The notes under the pieces are model-generated. The model did no database searches, had not been told where the DNA came from, and saw only the letters and a list, made by a program, of their open reading frames with translations. Shown piece after piece: positions 1 through 11,562 of a stretch of 64,000 nt of DNA. Made by a program: the position numbers and the translations under genes. The stretch is from positions 37,222 through 101,221 of the forward strand of contig JAAOMT010000705.1 of assembly GCA_016748015.1 (NCBI GenBank), given 5' to 3'. Numbering within the stretch: position 1 is the stretch's first letter; the number at the start of each line of letters is the position of its first letter. The stretch comes from Geosiphon pyriformis uo1. Its lineage: Eukaryota > Fungi > Glomeromycota.

Positions 1-3
1 TAT

Positions 4-811
4 TGTTACTTATAAAAAAAGTACAAAAAAAAAAGTACAAAAAACAAATAGAAAAATAAACCAATAAGAGAATAGTACTTAACAAATAAGCACAATATTA
101 AAAAATTATAACACATTGCTCAACAATAAGTATATTGTTAGAAAATTATGACATATTATTTAAAAAAATGTGAGATCTTATATAACAAAAATTATGTATA
201 TATAATAAGAGTATTAGAAACAGAAAAAATAGAATTAATTCAGAAAAATCAATTATAACTTATTAATTATCTAATATTTCTTTTTTTAAAAGCTAGTTTT
301 CTATAACTTAAAGTAAAATCAAATTACATATCAATAAAATATAAATTATTACCTAAATCCATGTTACCATCACTTAATTAAAAAATATTAATTGATTCTA
401 TACTATTAATACTTTATATTAATAGGATCTAAGACTTAATTATACTAAACTAATAGCTCTTAATTATGATTATTGACAAAATACTAATTTTTTTTTTGTT
501 TGCTAATTGATTAAAAAGATTAAACACTGAGTATTTGATATCAAAAATAGCCTAATAAAAGATCTGGAAATAAGAATAGAAATTTAAGAATAGTTTACCA
601 GAAAAACATAATTGCTAAAATAAACTGGCCATCATGTTGAAAAAAAAATTCATGGAAAAAACAATTAATTAAATCTCTGTCTATTATACAAAAAATTCAA
701 TCAAAACTTTTAAATTTCAAAATCTTCAGAAATTATTTACATTACCAACTATTGAGTACCAAGTTACAAGTTTGTTATTTGTTCTAACATCTCAAATAAT
801 TATCTATAATA
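4..811 (+). mobile_element. Gypsy LTR (solo or 3' LTR), same family group as LTRs at 22595/25421/26528
   Basis: Starts TGTTACTTATA and ends ...tatctataata (decayed TGTAACA). 290-320 and 751-811 are reverse complements of conserved blocks in LTRs 22595-23575 and 25421-26468. CCAAT at 61, TATA-like at ~197. No PBS follows. Confidence 0.8.
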
Positions 812-1450
812 CTGTTTTAAAAAGCTTTTATTTGATAAAAAAGAGCTTTTTTTAATACACTAATTGAAGAACTTTGTAAAAAAAAATAGAAATATATTAT
901 AAATTCTCTTTTTTTATTACTTTTAAACAAATAGCTTAGTAAAATATTTCAATAAAATATTATATAAAATCTTGGCCAAAATTAATAAAAAACAAATTTA
1001 TAGAATAAAATACAGCTTTTAGTTTTGTTTACTTATAGATAATAAGTTATAAACTTTTTTATTTGCTTTATGAAAAAATAGTAATACTACCAATAAAAAC
1101 TAATATTAAAACAATATTTTTGAAGAAATTACAATAAAAAATACAAAAATACCTTGCAAAAAAAACTTTGTACAATTTTTAATTTACTAGTAAAAACACA
1201 AATAATTGTTTTTGAAAAGATAAAACAATTTAAAAGAAGTTTAAGAAAAAAAATCTACAAAATATTTTCTTTAAGTGTTGATAATCTAGTTTTAAAATAT
1301 TGCTTAAACAAAAATAATGTCTATAAATATAAGTTTTTTAGTTAGTAAAAAAAAATTTTTATAGTTAATAAAGTTTTAAATAATAGTTCTTATATTCTAT
1401 AAGATTAATATAAAACAATTTTTAATAATTAGTTTATATATAATATATAA
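812..1450 (+). pseudogene. Decayed Gypsy integrase fragment interrupted by the LTR at 4-811
   Basis: Degenerate reading CFKKLLFDKKRAFLNTLIEELC...QIA**NISIKYYIKSWPK...LVLFTYR resembles integrase P..LLSDRG..F...QTNGLVERFNRTL...VLFAYR after G>A/C>T reversal. Confidence 0.6.
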
Positions 1451-2224
1451 CTTAAAAAATAATACAAACGACCTAATTGGTTATTTATTATGATAATATC
1501 AATCCAAATAATCAACAAAAATTAGTTATAAATAAATATACTATTTTTAAACAAAAGTATCTTTAATTAATATAAACAATTATTTTTTAAATCAAAATAT
1601 TTAAAATGCTTTTAATATTTTTTATGAGTATTAAGTCAAAAACTATTCAAATATTACTTTAATCATTAGAAAACAGATTATTATAATTAATAACAATAGA
1701 ATATATACTGTTATTAAACTAAAGAAAACTATTATTAAAAGTAAAAAAACTGGTAACAAAATAGATAAATATATGCTTAAATATAATATTAGCAATATTA
1801 CTACTTTTTAATATATTTGAAAAAATAATTAAAAAAATTTTAACTATAAACAAAAACTTGTTATATTAAAAACAATTAAAACTTTATAGTCAACTTAATG
1901 AAATTATAAAAGACATAAAGCTTTTAAAAAAAACATTTTTAAAAATACAAACAAAAATTTTGGACATTATAAGTTTATATATTCTAAGAGTTTTAACTAT
2001 TGTTAAAAAGCCAAATCTTTTATATAAAAATTTGGTTTCTTGAATACAAATGTTATTTTATCTCAAATTTAGTATATTTTATTAACAAAAAATTTTACCA
2101 AACTAATCAGTTTTGAGTTAAATAAAATCTTTTAATTAGAATATTTTATAAAATAATTTAATTTTGTCAAAGCTTAATTTCTTTGAAAAAAATAATGTTA
2201 TGATTAAAAGTTATAGTTTTTGTT

Positions 2225-2380
2225 AATTATTACATATATTAATTATTAATATTATACAATTAGCTACTTTATTTTTAAATAATATTTACTAATTTGATCA
2301 ATAATCTGGTCATTGATCTGATTATTAATCAAATTATTGACTTAGTTGCTAATCTGGTTATTAATTATTTTGAATAGCTT
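2225..2380. repeat. Repeat with short internal tandem units; inverted homolog at 49235-49420 (possible TIR plus subterminal repeats)
   Basis: aattattacatatattaattattaatattatacaattagctactttatttttaaa aligns with the reverse complement of 49360-49420; both are followed inward by ~12-bp units. Confidence 0.6.
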
Positions 2381-2410
2381 TAAAAAAGCATGTTTAAATA
2401 TATAAAATAT

Positions 2411-3143
2411 TGTTATTAATATAATTTTAGTTATTAATTTAATAGTTTATCAAAATAACTTGTAGTTTAAGAAAAATATATTTTTAATTTGGCAAAACAA
2501 TAATAAAAAAAAAGTGTAAGTTTATAGACTAATATTATAACAAATTGTATAAAAAAAAAGCTTTTTTTTTAAGAAAATATATCTTAGTTAGAATTATCTA
2601 TATTAAAAATTATTTTTTAGTATTTATACAAATTACTCTAATAAAAACCACATTAAATACAACAAAAACTTATAGTTATTTTGCTTAAAATTTTCTGTAT
2701 TTCAACTAATATTTTGAAATTAATTAGCTACTAATTTCAATAATCTATTAATAACTTCAGACTTAAACAGAAAACAATTTTCTAAACAAAATTTCTTTTC
2801 TTTTACTTTTTTTATTTTTTATTTATTTTTTTATCATTAGTATTAGGGTAAAAACAGATAAAATTCCTGTAAAAAAGTTGATTTTTATAGCAAAATAACT
2901 ATATATTTTAGTGAATTTTTAAACAAGCATTTTCTAAAAAAAATTAACTTTTATTGCAAAATAATTATACAAAGTAACTAGTATAAAATTAGTTATTTTA
3001 TTTATAAGTTTAGCAGTTCAAATTATAATAGATAATTTAAAGATAAATTTAGCTATTAAAAGTTTAACAGCTTTTAATAATTGAAAATTAACAGCAAATT
3101 GACATTAACAATATTCAAAAAAAAATCAAAATTTTTGGTAATA
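2411..3143 (+). repeat. 5' LTR of Gypsy-1
   Basis: Begins TGTTATT, ends GGTAATA directly before the PBS; start matches 17769-17801. Confidence 0.65.
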
Positions 3144-3156
3144 TTTGGTGCTTTTT
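3144..3156 (+). promoter_or_regulatory. Primer-binding site of Gypsy-1
   Basis: TTTGGTGCTTTTT immediately after the LTR end; same motif at 25411-25420 and 43809-43817 on the minus strand. Confidence 0.7.
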
Positions 3157-5159
3157 TAGAAATAATACAGCAATAATTAAATCAAAGTAACAATTGCATT
3201 AAACATAACAACTTTAGAATACTATTAATCAATTTATATTTATTGTAAATAACAATTTAAAATTCAAAACAGAATCATAACTTTTAAGAAAACATTTTTT
3301 CAATATATTAAAAACTATAATATTATAAAAGTTAAGTAAAATCTTTTTAAAAATTTTATCTACTACTCAAATAAAAACTTAAAAAATATTAGTGCTGATA
3401 ATTGCACTACTTATTTTGAAGAACTTGGTTACAATATTATCAAATTTTCTAAAGAAAAATATTTTACCAACTTATAATTTGTTTTTAAACTTAAATCTAA
3501 ATTTAAAACAAGCAAAAAAGACAAAAAAAACACTTAACTAGTTTATACAATAACTAATACTTCAAAAACAACTTTTTAACACTTGCAGACACCTAAACAA
3601 AAAGTTAGTTCTAAATTACCACTTTTAATCACATTTTTTTCAGTTTTATTTGCTTAACTTTAGATACTAAATTTACTTTTTAACTGTTTTTCAAAATTAA
3701 TAAACTTTATATTATCAAAAAACCTAATACAACAGTCTAAACAAATTTTCATTAGCACAAATCTTCTTTATTATTTAACAGAAAACCAGAATAATTACTT
3801 TGACAATATAGACAATAACAAAAATATTTTTGAATTTAATAAAAAAAACTACTAAAAACAAAAATACAAAGAAAATAGCAACTATTTATATTGCAAAAAT
3901 TACTGAATTTACAAAAAAAATACTGACACTAGTTTTCAAAAATAGCTAAACAAAGTTTTAAAAGCAAAAGATATTAATAGATAAAATACTATAAAAATAC
4001 TTAAAACTATTTTTTACTTTTTTAAAAAATTACAAGTAAATAGTTTGAAAACTTGAATGAACTTTTTAAAAGCTAACAAGTATTTAAAAATGCTTTTTTA
4101 AACCAGTTTACTAATAACAACATTTCTATTATTTTCTGAAATCAGTTTTAAAATATCAAACAAAAACTATTTAAATCTATTATAACTTATTTTGGAAAGT
4201 TTAACAAACTTTTCTGAAGAATTTGCTAATTAAAAACCAATAATTACTATTTTAATGCTTAAATTTTAGACCATCTTATTACTGAACTTAAAAATAAATT
4301 AATTAAGAAAATTTGTTTATATGCTTTAGAAAATTTAATCACAGTTATTTAATATGCTAAGATTTATAAAATAACAATAAAAAAAGTTAACTACACAAAA
4401 CTTATTAATTTTATAATTAAAAAAACCAGCTTAATAGCTAAAAAAAAAATCAATCAACTTATTAAAAAAGTCGAAAATTATTTTACTAATTAATAATAAC
4501 AGTAATAACAGAGGTATTAACTATTATAATAATAAAACCAAAACAGCTTTTTGTTGTTATTTAACAACCAATCTTACAATTATTATTTTTGTAAAATTTT
4601 AGAACATTAAAAATAGGATTATAAAAAAATACAAAAAGATCAACAACAAAAAAGTAATCAATATTATTTTTAGCTATAACAATCTTAATACCAATCTTTA
4701 TTACCAGCCTATTATTTACTAAGATTTTAATACTAATTAATCTGTTCTATAATCAATTTAATAACAATATTAACAACCAATACCTGCTTAAAAATACTAA
4801 GTATTTGCAAAAAAATTGAGTTAATAAAACCAATTTGCAATCCAAAATTGATTTTTAACAAATAACAACAAAATTAATACCAATAATTAATTAGTTTTCT
4901 AATACTATTTACAGCAGAAATTTACATATTATCACACTTAATTTAGTTATTTAATAATACCAAAAAAACTGGATTTTCAATAAACTGTACTTTTTAAAAA
5001 TAAAATTACAGTACCAAAATAAAATTCTTTTAATAACATAATTTTACTTACAAAAATTACCAAAAATACCAATCTTTCAGATATTTTTTTTTGAATTCAA
5101 AACCAATAAATTACCATTTTTACTTAGCAATATAACAGTTACAGAACAAAAAACACTCA

Positions 5160-5530
5160 TAATTATGTACATTAAAGTTAAAGTTAAAGGAAAAACAATT
5201 TAATTAATCTTAAACAATAAATTTACCAGAAGCATTATTATTTACCAACTAATACAACAGCTTAAATAAACTGTTAACAGGCCAGCTCAAACAGTTATTA
5301 TAATATTAATAATATAAAAAAGACTCTAATTAAAAAAATTGACAATTTTCTATTCACAATCAATAGAATTATTATTTAATTAAAGTTTTAATTATAAATA
5401 CATTCTAATACTAAGCTTTTAGTTAAAAATGATTAGCTTTTTAAAACCAATGCAAATCTAAATTAAAAAACCCAATAATTAAAATTTTTATATTAAGGAC
5501 AATATATTCAAGTATCTGTTACTTATAATA
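5160..5530 (+). pseudogene. Retroviral-type aspartic protease relic (Gypsy-1)
   Basis: MYIKVKVKGKTI*LILNNKFTRSII...ALVKND*LFKTNANL corresponds to LILDSGSAGSII...ALVGNDWL after transition reversal. Confidence 0.8.
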
Positions 5531-6504
5531 TTTTTAACAAATAATCAAAAAAACCCTTGTATTTAAATTTGAAGAGAAAAAAAAAACTAATTACCAAAAC
5601 TTATATGACTTTTAAATTAGCATCTAATTGGGCTGAAAAAAATAAACAGCTATTTAAAACAATCATATTACAACTAACATTAATATAATTTAAAAAGATC
5701 AGTTAATAATCTATTTTTATAACTAAACCAATAACAATTAATATGTTCTATATTTAAAACCAAAACAAAGAAAAAAATTATCTTATATCTTACTTAAATG
5801 TAAAGATTACAATAAAAAACTTTTATTTATAGAAGCTTGTATATTATCAAAAAAAATATAAAACTTGTATTTGTTATTACTGTAAAATTTGTTACTAAGA
5901 ACAATTTAGCAGTTTAAAATAAAGTAAAAAATAAAACAACATACTCTGTTTTACATGTAGAAAATTATTGTTTAAAAAATACAATTGGATTAATATTGCA
6001 ATAAAAAAAAGTATACAATTAAATCTGTCAATATTCATTTTTTATTTTTAAGAAAATAAAATATAAAATACTATTTACAGTAATATATAATAGCATTTTT
6101 AACAAACTATACTATTATTTTTATAATGCTAAAATAATCTATGTACTAATTTTAATTAATAAAAAATTTTAAGAAGATGTTTACCAAATAAAAGAAGCAA
6201 AATACATTGAATACAGAATAAAATTAGTCAAATTTGATTACAAAAATAAAGTAAAACTTTACCACTTAATTTCTAGTCATATTTATCTTTCAAAAGAAAC
6301 CCAAATTCAATAATTAAAACAAATAAATATTCAACTGTACAAAGAATGCATTATGTTTTGTAATGATTAATAATGTCCAAAATATTATGCTTTTAGTTTA
6401 TTATTACTTATTAAAAATGATAAATACAAAATCGAATTTAGAACATACAAAAAAGAAAAAAAATTGCTAACAATATTAATTTATTTATTTAAAAACCAAC
6501 TAGC

Positions 6505-6935
6505 TTTACAACTAAAATATTTTAACAACAATGAATAAAAAATTAAACCAAAAAAAGCTCATAAAATTAATACAGAATATGACCTGCAATATTTTAACAA
6601 AGATATTTTAGTTTTTTAACCAAAGACATTTACAAAAATTAACTTAAAAATTGTTCTTAAAATTTTATTAAGAGCAATGATTCAAATTGTTTTTTGATTA
6701 TTATTTGCAAGGAAAAAAATTAACATTAAAAAAAAGTTATAAATACAGAATTTACCGAAAATATCACAACTATATTACAAAATAAAACTGACAAACTTTT
6801 CAAAATTAAGCATGTTAAAAAAATTATCCAAATTATTTACTTACTCCTAATTTACATTTCGAGTTTGCAATTAATTCTATCATAAAAACATTAAGAAAAA
6901 GCAAAAGAAAAATACAAAGTTTTGGTTTAATTAAA
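6505..6935 (+). pseudogene. dUTPase relic within Gypsy-1 pol
   Basis: KPKKAHKINTEYDLQY...IQIVF*LLFARKKINIKKKVINTEFTENI...KKIIQII...KRKIQSFGL shows dUTPase motifs I-V (AGYDL, RSSL, GGVIDAGYTG, KIAQ, RG..GFGSTG) with G>A/C>T changes. Confidence 0.85.
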
Positions 6936-7429
6936 CAATTTACAATTTTAATAAATATAGCTCTTAATATACAAAATAAATCTTATTAGACTCTTTAACC
7001 TTTTTAATTAATTACTATTTTATTATTTATAAAACATCACAGAATTTAAATTTGTTCAAAACCAACTATTATTTAACAAATTTTCGAACCTAATAAGTAG
7101 ATTTACAAAGAACATGATATTTTAATTCCAAATATCTATATTTTCAAGAAAATAAAAAAGTTCTAAGTTATATTTTATAATCCTAATAATTACTCTATTA
7201 TTTTATTAAATAAACTAGAAATTAGAATCATATATAATAATATTTTTAAAAAAAAAACTTTTCAAGTTCTTAATTTTATTAAAATATAAGACATATTCAT
7301 TTTTCAAACCCAAATATTACTTTCAACACTAAAAACTATTATATTATTAAAAAAAAACTTGTTTAAATTAATATGAGTCATTTAAAATTTTAACAACAAA
7401 GATAATTAAAACAACTTATTACAAAGTAT

Positions 7430-9590
7430 ACTAATATATTTGCCAGAAACAATAATGATTTATGAAAAACTAATATTATCTAATATTAAATTTATACAAA
7501 AAATACTTTACTAAAATGATAATAAGCATACTAAATTCTATCTGCCAATCAATAATTCATTAAAAAAAAGTGCAACAGATGTTCAAGATTGAACTAATTC
7601 AATCATTAAAAAATCTATAAATTTTATCTATTATACTTATTAAAAAAAATAGAAAAAATCAAATTCTGTGTTAATAATTGTCAACTTAATAGTATTATAA
7701 TTAAAGATATTTACTTATTATCAAAAATTAACAATATATTAAATGTTTTAAAAAAAGCCAAATACTTCTTAACTTTAAACTTAAAAAACAGATACTAATA
7801 AGTCAAAAAAATTTAAAAAACTGGCCAAAAACAGTATTTACTATCCAAAAAGAAAACTATGAATTTAATATAATGTTTTTGAACTTTGCAATACACCAGT
7901 AATATTTTAGTGACTTATAAATATTGTATATGAAAAATTCTTATAATAATCAATAATTGTTATATTAACAATATTAATATTTATTTTTTAATCTTTGAAG
8001 CTTATTTAATTTACTTGTAAAAAGTTTTTTAATGATTACAAAAAGCGGAATTGAAGTTAAATATTGGCAAATATTATTTTAAAAAAACAAATTTGGTTTT
8101 TCTTGATCATATTGTTAGCAAAAATAAAATCAAGCCAGATTTTAAAAAAATTAGTACTATATAAAACTTCAAAGTTTTTTAAAATATTTTTGAATTAAGA
8201 GAATTAAAATTTTTTTTAAAATTGCTAAATTTTTTAACTACCTAACCAATAAAAATATAAAATATTAATAGAACTCTAATCTAATAAAAAGTTTTTAATA
8301 TATTAAAAATTGACAATAATTCTAATTCTTGTATACTTTGATTTTAATAAATAGTTCTAATTAGTTATTAATACTTTATATATAGCATTTGGTATTATTT
8401 TATTATAAATAGATAATAAAAGCAATAAACATATTATTGCTTATATTATCAAAATTTTCAAATCTACAAAAACAAAATATGAATTTATTAAATTAAAAAC
8501 AACAGCTGTTATTTAAATCTTTAAGTATTTCTAATAAAACTTGCAAAAAGAACTAGAATTTACTATTATTACAGATAATATTAGTCTTAAATAATTTAAC
8601 AAAAAGAGTTTTGAACTCAGTGCCAAACAATTTTGATAGACTAATTTTCTAGCTAATTATAAATATATTGTTTATTTGAAACCAAAAAAATTATATACAA
8701 ATATTGATAATTTTTTAAGAATGAGACAAAATTAAATCAAAATTAAAAATTCATTAATTTAAACAAACAATAATCAACAAACAATGAACTTTAAAAACTA
8801 CAACAATATTAAAAATTATTTAAAAACTTTTATTATATTAGAAAATTTGTTTTTAAGTAAAAAACATCAAATATAATACCAATTAAAATAATATTTTCTA
8901 TACTATAACAAAATTTATTATTAAAATTGCAAAAACTTAACAAATTTATTCAAAGTAGTTTAACAACATAAAAAAAACAATTTTATATAATATATATAAA
9001 TTTTTTATCAGCATATTTAAAAAAATAAGTACAATTTAAAGAATACTTGAATATTATTTTTGGTTTTATATACAAAAAACATTCAATAATATATAAAATT
9101 ATGTAATAATTATTAAAAAAAAAGAAAAAACTTATTCCACTAAACTTTTAAATTCAATTAAAATTGAACAATCTTTTAATAAAATTAATATTAATTTAAT
9201 TAAATTATTTTTTATTATTAATTAAAAATATTGTTATATTACAGTTACAATAAATTATTTTATTAAATAATTTAAAATTAGAGTCATTTAAAAAGCAAAT
9301 ACAAAATTAATAGAATATTTTTTCTATGAAAACATTATTTGTAAACATAAATATCTAAGTGAATTTTTATCTAATCAAAAAACATATTTTTATAAAAAAA
9401 ATTTGTAAACAATTTAATATTAAATAACTCTTATTATTACTTTATAATTTATAAATAAATAGATTAATAGAATAATTTAACTAAATATTGTGTAAATTAT
9501 TAACCAAAATTTAAACTAATTTTGAGCAAAAATAAGATATATTTTTATTTTATCAGTATTATTAGTATATAAAATATTAAAACAAAATAC
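7430..9590 (+). pseudogene. Gypsy-1 reverse transcriptase, RNase H and N-terminal part of integrase
   Basis: KFCVNNCQLN, KTVFTIQKENYEFNIMFFELCNTPVIF, YINNINIY (YIDD), FLDHIVSK, IITDNISL and VTINYFIK relics. Confidence 0.85.
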
Positions 9591-9733
9591 CACACCTGAC
9601 AAATTCGATTCTCTCTCGTCGATCCCCTGACCACAATGAAAGTAAAAAATAATTTTGAAAAAATCGCTTTTTCTCTTCCCTTTCCCTTTAATCCCTGTTA
9701 ACTATTTCTTCTAACTTACTTTTATTTGTTGTG

Positions 9734-11562
9734 ATGGAACCAGTGGGATCGTCTGCTGGTGGTTCTGGTTCAGGTTTGGCTGGTTTGGGAACCCGCCAGA
9801 GTGCTAAAAACAAGTGTATTGACATGGTCTACTCCCATGGTGCATCCTACAAAAAGCCTAAAAAGCCTGCAGCTGGTATTTTGATTGAGTTGTTTGCTAG
9901 TCCTCTATGTTTGGAAGATTTGAATGGTAATGATAGTAAGCCAGCAGTGTCTTGGGGAAGCAAAGTGATAGTGTTTTTGGCAGTGTAAGTGGTCTTTCAG
10001 ATGTCAAGAGCTTGGAGAACTTGGTTGCCAAGGAGACAAGCTACATTGATTCAGGTGAGAATGACAAAATGAATGAAACTACACTGTAAAGGACTCATAC
10101 TTGAATGTATGTGTTAGAACAACTTCTTAAGGCACCTCTATTTGCTACTATAAATGACAACAATGACAATTCCATGTTATTGCCTCCTAAAATCAATGGG
10201 TCCAATCAGCTGCTATCTTTTAAATCACATATTCTCGAGAGTCGTAGTTTCGGGCCAGTGAAATTGTTTGCTCTGGATGTGAATTTGTCAGCTGTTCCTG
10301 GCAGAACTAATAGTAATAAGCTTATTTCAATCAAAAAAATTTTTTACAAAATTGTTGTCAATAGTGATCTTAAAAAAGCAAACATTTGTTCAAATCAGGA
10401 AGTGATCATTAAGGAGATCCCAGTTGATTTTACAAAGTTGGCTGTGGAATCAGTTTTTTCTAAATTTGACAAGATTGTTTCCATCAGGATACAATTAATT
10501 GGTCTTTGGCAAAAAGCCCTGATTGAATTTGAGTCATCAGAAGTTGCCAGTTTGGTCACTTCTAAGTGGTCTGTTTTTGTGAGAAAGGATTTAGTTCGCG
10601 TAGCTCTGGCCATCAATGATAAGCAAACATGGGTGTCAAAAGATTGTCATCGGGTGTTGCTCTATACTCTTCCAGTTGGTACTTCAGTCCATGATCTGTC
10701 TGATTTGTTGGTATTATATAGTGGGAAAACTTGTTTCATTGACTGCAATTCTGGTTCATATGTCCGTGATTAGTGTGTAATTATTTGTTTTGAGAATGAG
10801 GATGCCAGATTGGCTGCTGTTAGTACTGTTTCAATTTTCAAGGGTGTTAGTTTGCATTGGGCTAGTCTTGTTTTGGCTAGCTGTACCAAGTGTGAACAGT
10901 TTGGTCATACCACTACTAACTGTTCTATGGGTGGAAGTTCTGGTGTTCATGAAAAGAGGGTAGTTTCTGATCAGAATCAGATTTGTCTGGCTGGTATATA
11001 TAAGAAAAAGTCGGCTCCTATTGCTTGTCTAGTTTCGTTTGGTGGCAAAACATGGGCCCAAGTTGCTAGTGGTATCTCTTTCTGTGTGTTTCTTTCTGGT
11101 TTTCCTGGGTCTGGTTTGTGTACTGGTTTGGTTCCTCCTTCAGCAGTCTCTAATCATCTTGTTGTTTCCTGTTTGAATAATTGTTTGGTGGTTTTGGAAT
11201 ACTCTTTGAAGCTTTTGGCTGACCATGTTTTTGGCATTCTGGTTAAGTTGGATTTCTTTAGTGTGGTTTCTTTGGTTTCTTCTTTTCTGGCCCCCCTTTC
11301 TGTTGTTCATGCAGCTTTGAGTTCTGAAGTGAATTCAGATATGATTGTAGACAATACTTTGAGTTCTTCTGATATTACTCCTCCTGTCATTATTGATGCT
11401 GTTGTCGACCTCAGTGTTAGTAGTTCTAAGGTTTTTACTGCCAAGGTGGGTGGTTTAAAGACGAAATTGGTTGCTTTGAAGGCTTCAGTTGGTTCAGTTT
11501 TGGATAAGTTGAATCTTTTGTGCTCTGGTTTGGGTCTTTCAGCTCCCATGTCATCTCAATAA
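9734..11562 (+). pseudogene. LINE-A ORF1 (RRM plus CCHC zinc knuckle), disrupted
   Basis: ORF fragments 9731, 10105 and 10810; RRM-like VIIKEIPVD...VFSKFDKIVSI...ALIEF; knuckle CTKCEQFGHTTTNC. Confidence 0.85.
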
